64,000 nucleotides of DNA from Selaginella moellendorffii. Taxonomy: Eukaryota > Plantae > Lycopodiophyta. The notes beneath the pieces are model-generated. The model was not told where the DNA came from and ran no database searches. It saw nothing but the letters and a program-made list of their open reading frames with translations. Positions 60,541-64,000 of this stretch are shown here, piece after piece; positions within the stretch are counted from its first letter, which is position 1; each line of letters opens with the position of its first letter. The translations under genes were made by a program, and so were the position numbers. The stretch covers positions 148,973-212,972 of the forward strand of contig NW_003314390.1 of NCBI RefSeq assembly GCF_000143415.4. The letters run 5' to 3'.

Positions 60541-61205
60541 ATGTATCAAATTGTTTTTGAGATCATTGTTGTAGCTTCATTTTGTTTTGCAGCTTCAGGT
60601 CGCAGTCTCTCTCACTGCTATTGCTTGCCTCACCAACGATGCTTCCCAACTCCTCCAGTTTGGTATTCTTTCAGCAAGGACATAGGTGGTCAACTGATCC
60701 AAGCAAGGTAAAGAGTCCTCTTTAACATTCTGATTCATTGGAAACACACACTTCTTTTCTCCTTTCTCTTCCAGGCCAGCTTGACGAAGAAGCCTGCAAA
60801 GTTGCCAAATGAAGTGGACCGATGCGCCATAGAGGTTGGACCAAGTTGGCGCTTCTCAGCATCCTTAGTGGGACTCGTTCAAGCAGCAGAAATGCCTTAT
60901 CAACTCTAATGACACTTGCTACCAAGGTGTTGTTTTAATCTATGTTGTGGACGTGCACTAGGCATAAATGTCAATTTATAATGTTTTTAAGGCATTTGCT
61001 TTTACTGCCAAACACAACATCCATGTAATTGTCAAAAACACTGGCCACAACTACATTGGACACAGTGACGGGAGAGGTGCTCTTAGCATCTGGGCTTACA
61101 ACCTCAAGACAATCAACTTCTCAGACAACTTTGAATGATTCCAGTGTCCATTCGACAACGAAGATGGCCAAGTGTCGGCCATGACTGTGGGAGCTAGCAT
61201 CCACT
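60541..61205 (+). pseudogene. Truncated secreted FAD-linked oxidoreductase (VAO/BBE superfamily, fungal-like type)
   Basis: Signal peptide, CYCLPHQRCFPTPPVW..IGGQLI, AFTAKHNIHVIVKNTGHNYIGHSDGRGALSIW, MTVGA; in-frame stops; GT-AG introns. Confidence 0.8.
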
Positions 61206-62754
61206 CCTAGCATCTGTTTCTACTTTTGAACTTTAGGCAAAAACAAAGAAAATGGCTTCTTTGTCAGTCAAGAGTCAAGAGGTAAAAGCTATGTTAGCCT
61301 TCCAATGGTATCTGAATCCTTCTATTTCTTTCTTTTCTATGTAGCTTTATATTACAGAAACCTCACACAACTCACGCCAGGAGTGTAGAGCAGTACAAGG
61401 CTAGAAGCAGGAGAAAGTTTGAAAGTATTAAACTTTAGTAGTCATGTTTCTTTCTCATTTAGCTTTATTTGCTTTATTTCACAGGAACTAGCATACACAC
61501 CATGAAGTGTACTAGGAGTGAAGGTGCAGTACACAAGGCCAGGAGCGCATGCACAACAGCAAGCAGAGGAAGTGTAAGTAATAATTTATCAAATTTTACA
61601 TTTATGTCTTGAGTTTAAACTTCATAATTATGTTAGATGTGCCATATAAAAGGAAGACTACTTTCCCTAAACGATTTGAATATTGTGCAACTGAAGAAAA
61701 AAAAAAGAAAAAAGAAGGCATAATGCCAAAGCTTTTAATGTTCCATAAAAAAACTATCAGTTACCATGTTATAGATGCCATAAATAATCTGCTTCATTCT
61801 CTTTCCATTCTTATTTCTTATAAAAGACTTTCTATTTTTATTTGTTACATAGGGGCAAGCAATTGTGATGACATGTATGCAAGCATCAAAAGGTTTTTTT
61901 TGTCAATATCCTAAAGAGTGTGATTGGCCAAGTAGCACTCAACTCATTGATCAATTAGGCCTAGCAAGAATCCATTTTCATGAAAATGGTGAAATAAAGC
62001 TGAGTTGGAATAACAATGGAACAATGTTGGAATAATACAAGCACATAACAACAAATAAACAAGCAATTTCCAAGTTTTGTAGAATTGTTATAAATGTTAC
62101 ATTCATTAAACAAGGTCAAAATTTATAACAAAACTACAATATTAAAACATTATAACCTCTACACATTAGATTTGCAACATTGCGGTCTCTTATGTTAATG
62201 AGGGCTAGGTATGTTATATTTATCTTACTTTTTTCTCCGTTCTTTCCTTCTTGGATTTTTGTATATCAACCTTGGGCTAGATCACACAATAAGAGAGACT
62301 TGCTAGATCTTCTTAGTGCACTCTTGGACCTTAACACCACGGATCTGGACAAGGAATAACATAAACTTTGATGAATGACCTTAGAATTCATTTTGCTCCA
62401 TTTGCTCCATAGTGATTCTATTGATGAGTACATTATAAAGAGATAAACTATTGTAGAACTTATTATTCTTCTATAACTCACAGCAAGGCATATGGATAAA
62501 AGAAGACTTTGAAAAGGCTATTGAAGAAATCAAATGACATAGAATGAGTGAAAGGGCTATATATAAAAACAATACAACATTATAAGGTTATCACTGTCAA
62601 TTTGAAGAGCAGATGTTTGCAAAAACATAACAAAAAAGACCAAAAATTGTGTTCATATTTGAAAAAGAAGAATTCCTATAGAAATTACTTGAATTTTCCT
62701 TTAGAAGTTACTTAAAACTCATCAAGAAATCAAATATCCTATGAAGAAGGCAGA

Positions 62755-63090
62755 TGCATGGAAGTAATAATTTTCTTTGCCTCTTGCAAATAAATAAATT
62801 TGTTTTTATATGAAACTACTAAAAGATCATGTAAAAAGGACTATTAAAGCACCACCTAAAGATCATATTCAAACTATAAATATTGGAAGTGAGTTATGCA
62901 AAGTTCATGAGCAAGTTTGTTGTAGATACATTCTACAAGAATATTATGAAGAATGCAAATGCATGGAAGTAATAGTTTTTTTTTGCCTTTTGCAAATAAA
63001 TAAATTTGTTTTTATATTAAACTACTAAAAGATCATGTAAAAAGGATTGTTAAAGTACTACCTAAAGATAAAGTTCATGAGCAAGTTTGT
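62755..63090. repeat. Tandem duplication (about 200-bp period) within AT-rich decayed repeat DNA
   Basis: ATGCATGGAAGTAATA...CACCTAAAGAT at about 62755 recurs at about 62959. Confidence 0.85.
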
Positions 63091-63555
63091 TGTGGATTGG
63101 GAGTATACACATATAAACAACCAAAGAAAACAATTTAAAATAATTCATAAGGGTTTAAATTTAGAGGGAAAAAGCTCATAAAAAAAAATGCACCCTTTTT
63201 TTTAATCAATTAAGAATTTTGGGATATTAAGGGCAAAAAGTCCAAATTCAATAGTTTACAATACACTAAATCCTCCTATGGCAAATGTTAGCTTTACAAT
63301 GTTCAAAAATAGTCTATACAATCAATTTATTCCACACTCAGTGAACTAATATGTAAACAAAGCCAAATAAAGTTCTATACTATTTTGACATACCAATAGT
63401 CTAACACAAAGGATATAATTCCCATGAAACTTAGTACTATATACTAAAATGGCATAAAGCTTAGTTTTATATACTAAAAGTTTGTTATCTACACGCTAGA
63501 GATGGTTAAAAAAGAAATGCACTCTTTTCTTCATAAAAGTAAGTAATCAATTGAA

Positions 63556-63858
63556 GTCAGCTGAAAGGCTTGGATAATCTTTTGAAATTTCATTGTGATG
63601 GGAATAGATAATTGCAATTATTGATTTTCAATGAGGAATTCCTAGTAAGCACAAGTCATCAGCTCGTGCTGACTACATCCCTACCTTTTGTACACACTGC
63701 TTGTCGTTTCTATCAATTGAATGATCTGGTGAAGTGTTCAAATTGTAACAATGTTAACAATTTACCGCTGGCAATGCTATGAGAAGTTTATTAAACCTTA
63801 TCAAGGAAGGAGAAAGCATAACAAAGTTTCCATAGGTAAACCTACAAAAAGATCATTA
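63556..63858 (+). pseudogene. Decayed 3' fragment of nuclear 18S rRNA, probably followed by ITS1-derived sequence
   Basis: GAGGAATTCCTAGTAAGC, TTTGTACACAC, ATTGAATG, TAACAAAGTTTCCATAGGTAAACCTAC..GATCATTA match universal SSU motifs, with many C>T/G>A changes. Confidence 0.92.
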
Positions 63859-64000
63859 ACACACATCTATAAATTGTAAACCACGAACATTATATTGTCC
63901 CCCAAGGGGCCATGCTCGAAGGCATGGCTAGCCAGGACATTCAATTTGGCTGCATACACTTGTGTAAGTGACTTTAGGCTTAAGTAATATTAGGTTGGAA

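Noticed and set aside
63556-63858. Functional 18S rRNA gene
   Set aside because: Only the 3' sixth is present, with invariant positions mutated and a deletion.

Overview
Eukaryotic, gene-dense plant nuclear DNA. Very short GT-AG introns (about 50-70 nt), PsbQ, a PLS-class PPR gene and short intergenic spacers fit an early-diverging land plant, most like the lycophyte Selaginella (inference). 1-6 kb is a nest of LTR-retrotransposon pieces with readable target-site duplications. About 6-19.5 kb is a local segmental duplication (TRIM, Ty1/copia remnant, orphan genes) around one unique orphan gene. The highlight is 22.5-25.4 kb: one intronless 820-aa ORF fusing an apparently catalytically intact S-adenosylmethionine decarboxylase (SAMDC/AdoMetDC) to an apparently intact ornithine decarboxylase (ODC), behind the plant polyamine-responsive tiny/small uORF cassette. 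Downstream lie a PPR gene, a decayed copia element, an IQM-like gene, a long coiled-coil gene, a CERK1-like LysM receptor kinase, PsbQ, COBRA-like, NOB1, four DUF604 (fringe-like glycosyltransferase) paralogues (three decayed, one with a micro-inversion), a PPR pseudogene, Ycf20-like, a pseudogene of a fungal-type secreted FAD oxidase and a deaminated 18S rDNA fragment. All calls come from reading the sequence; no searches were run.
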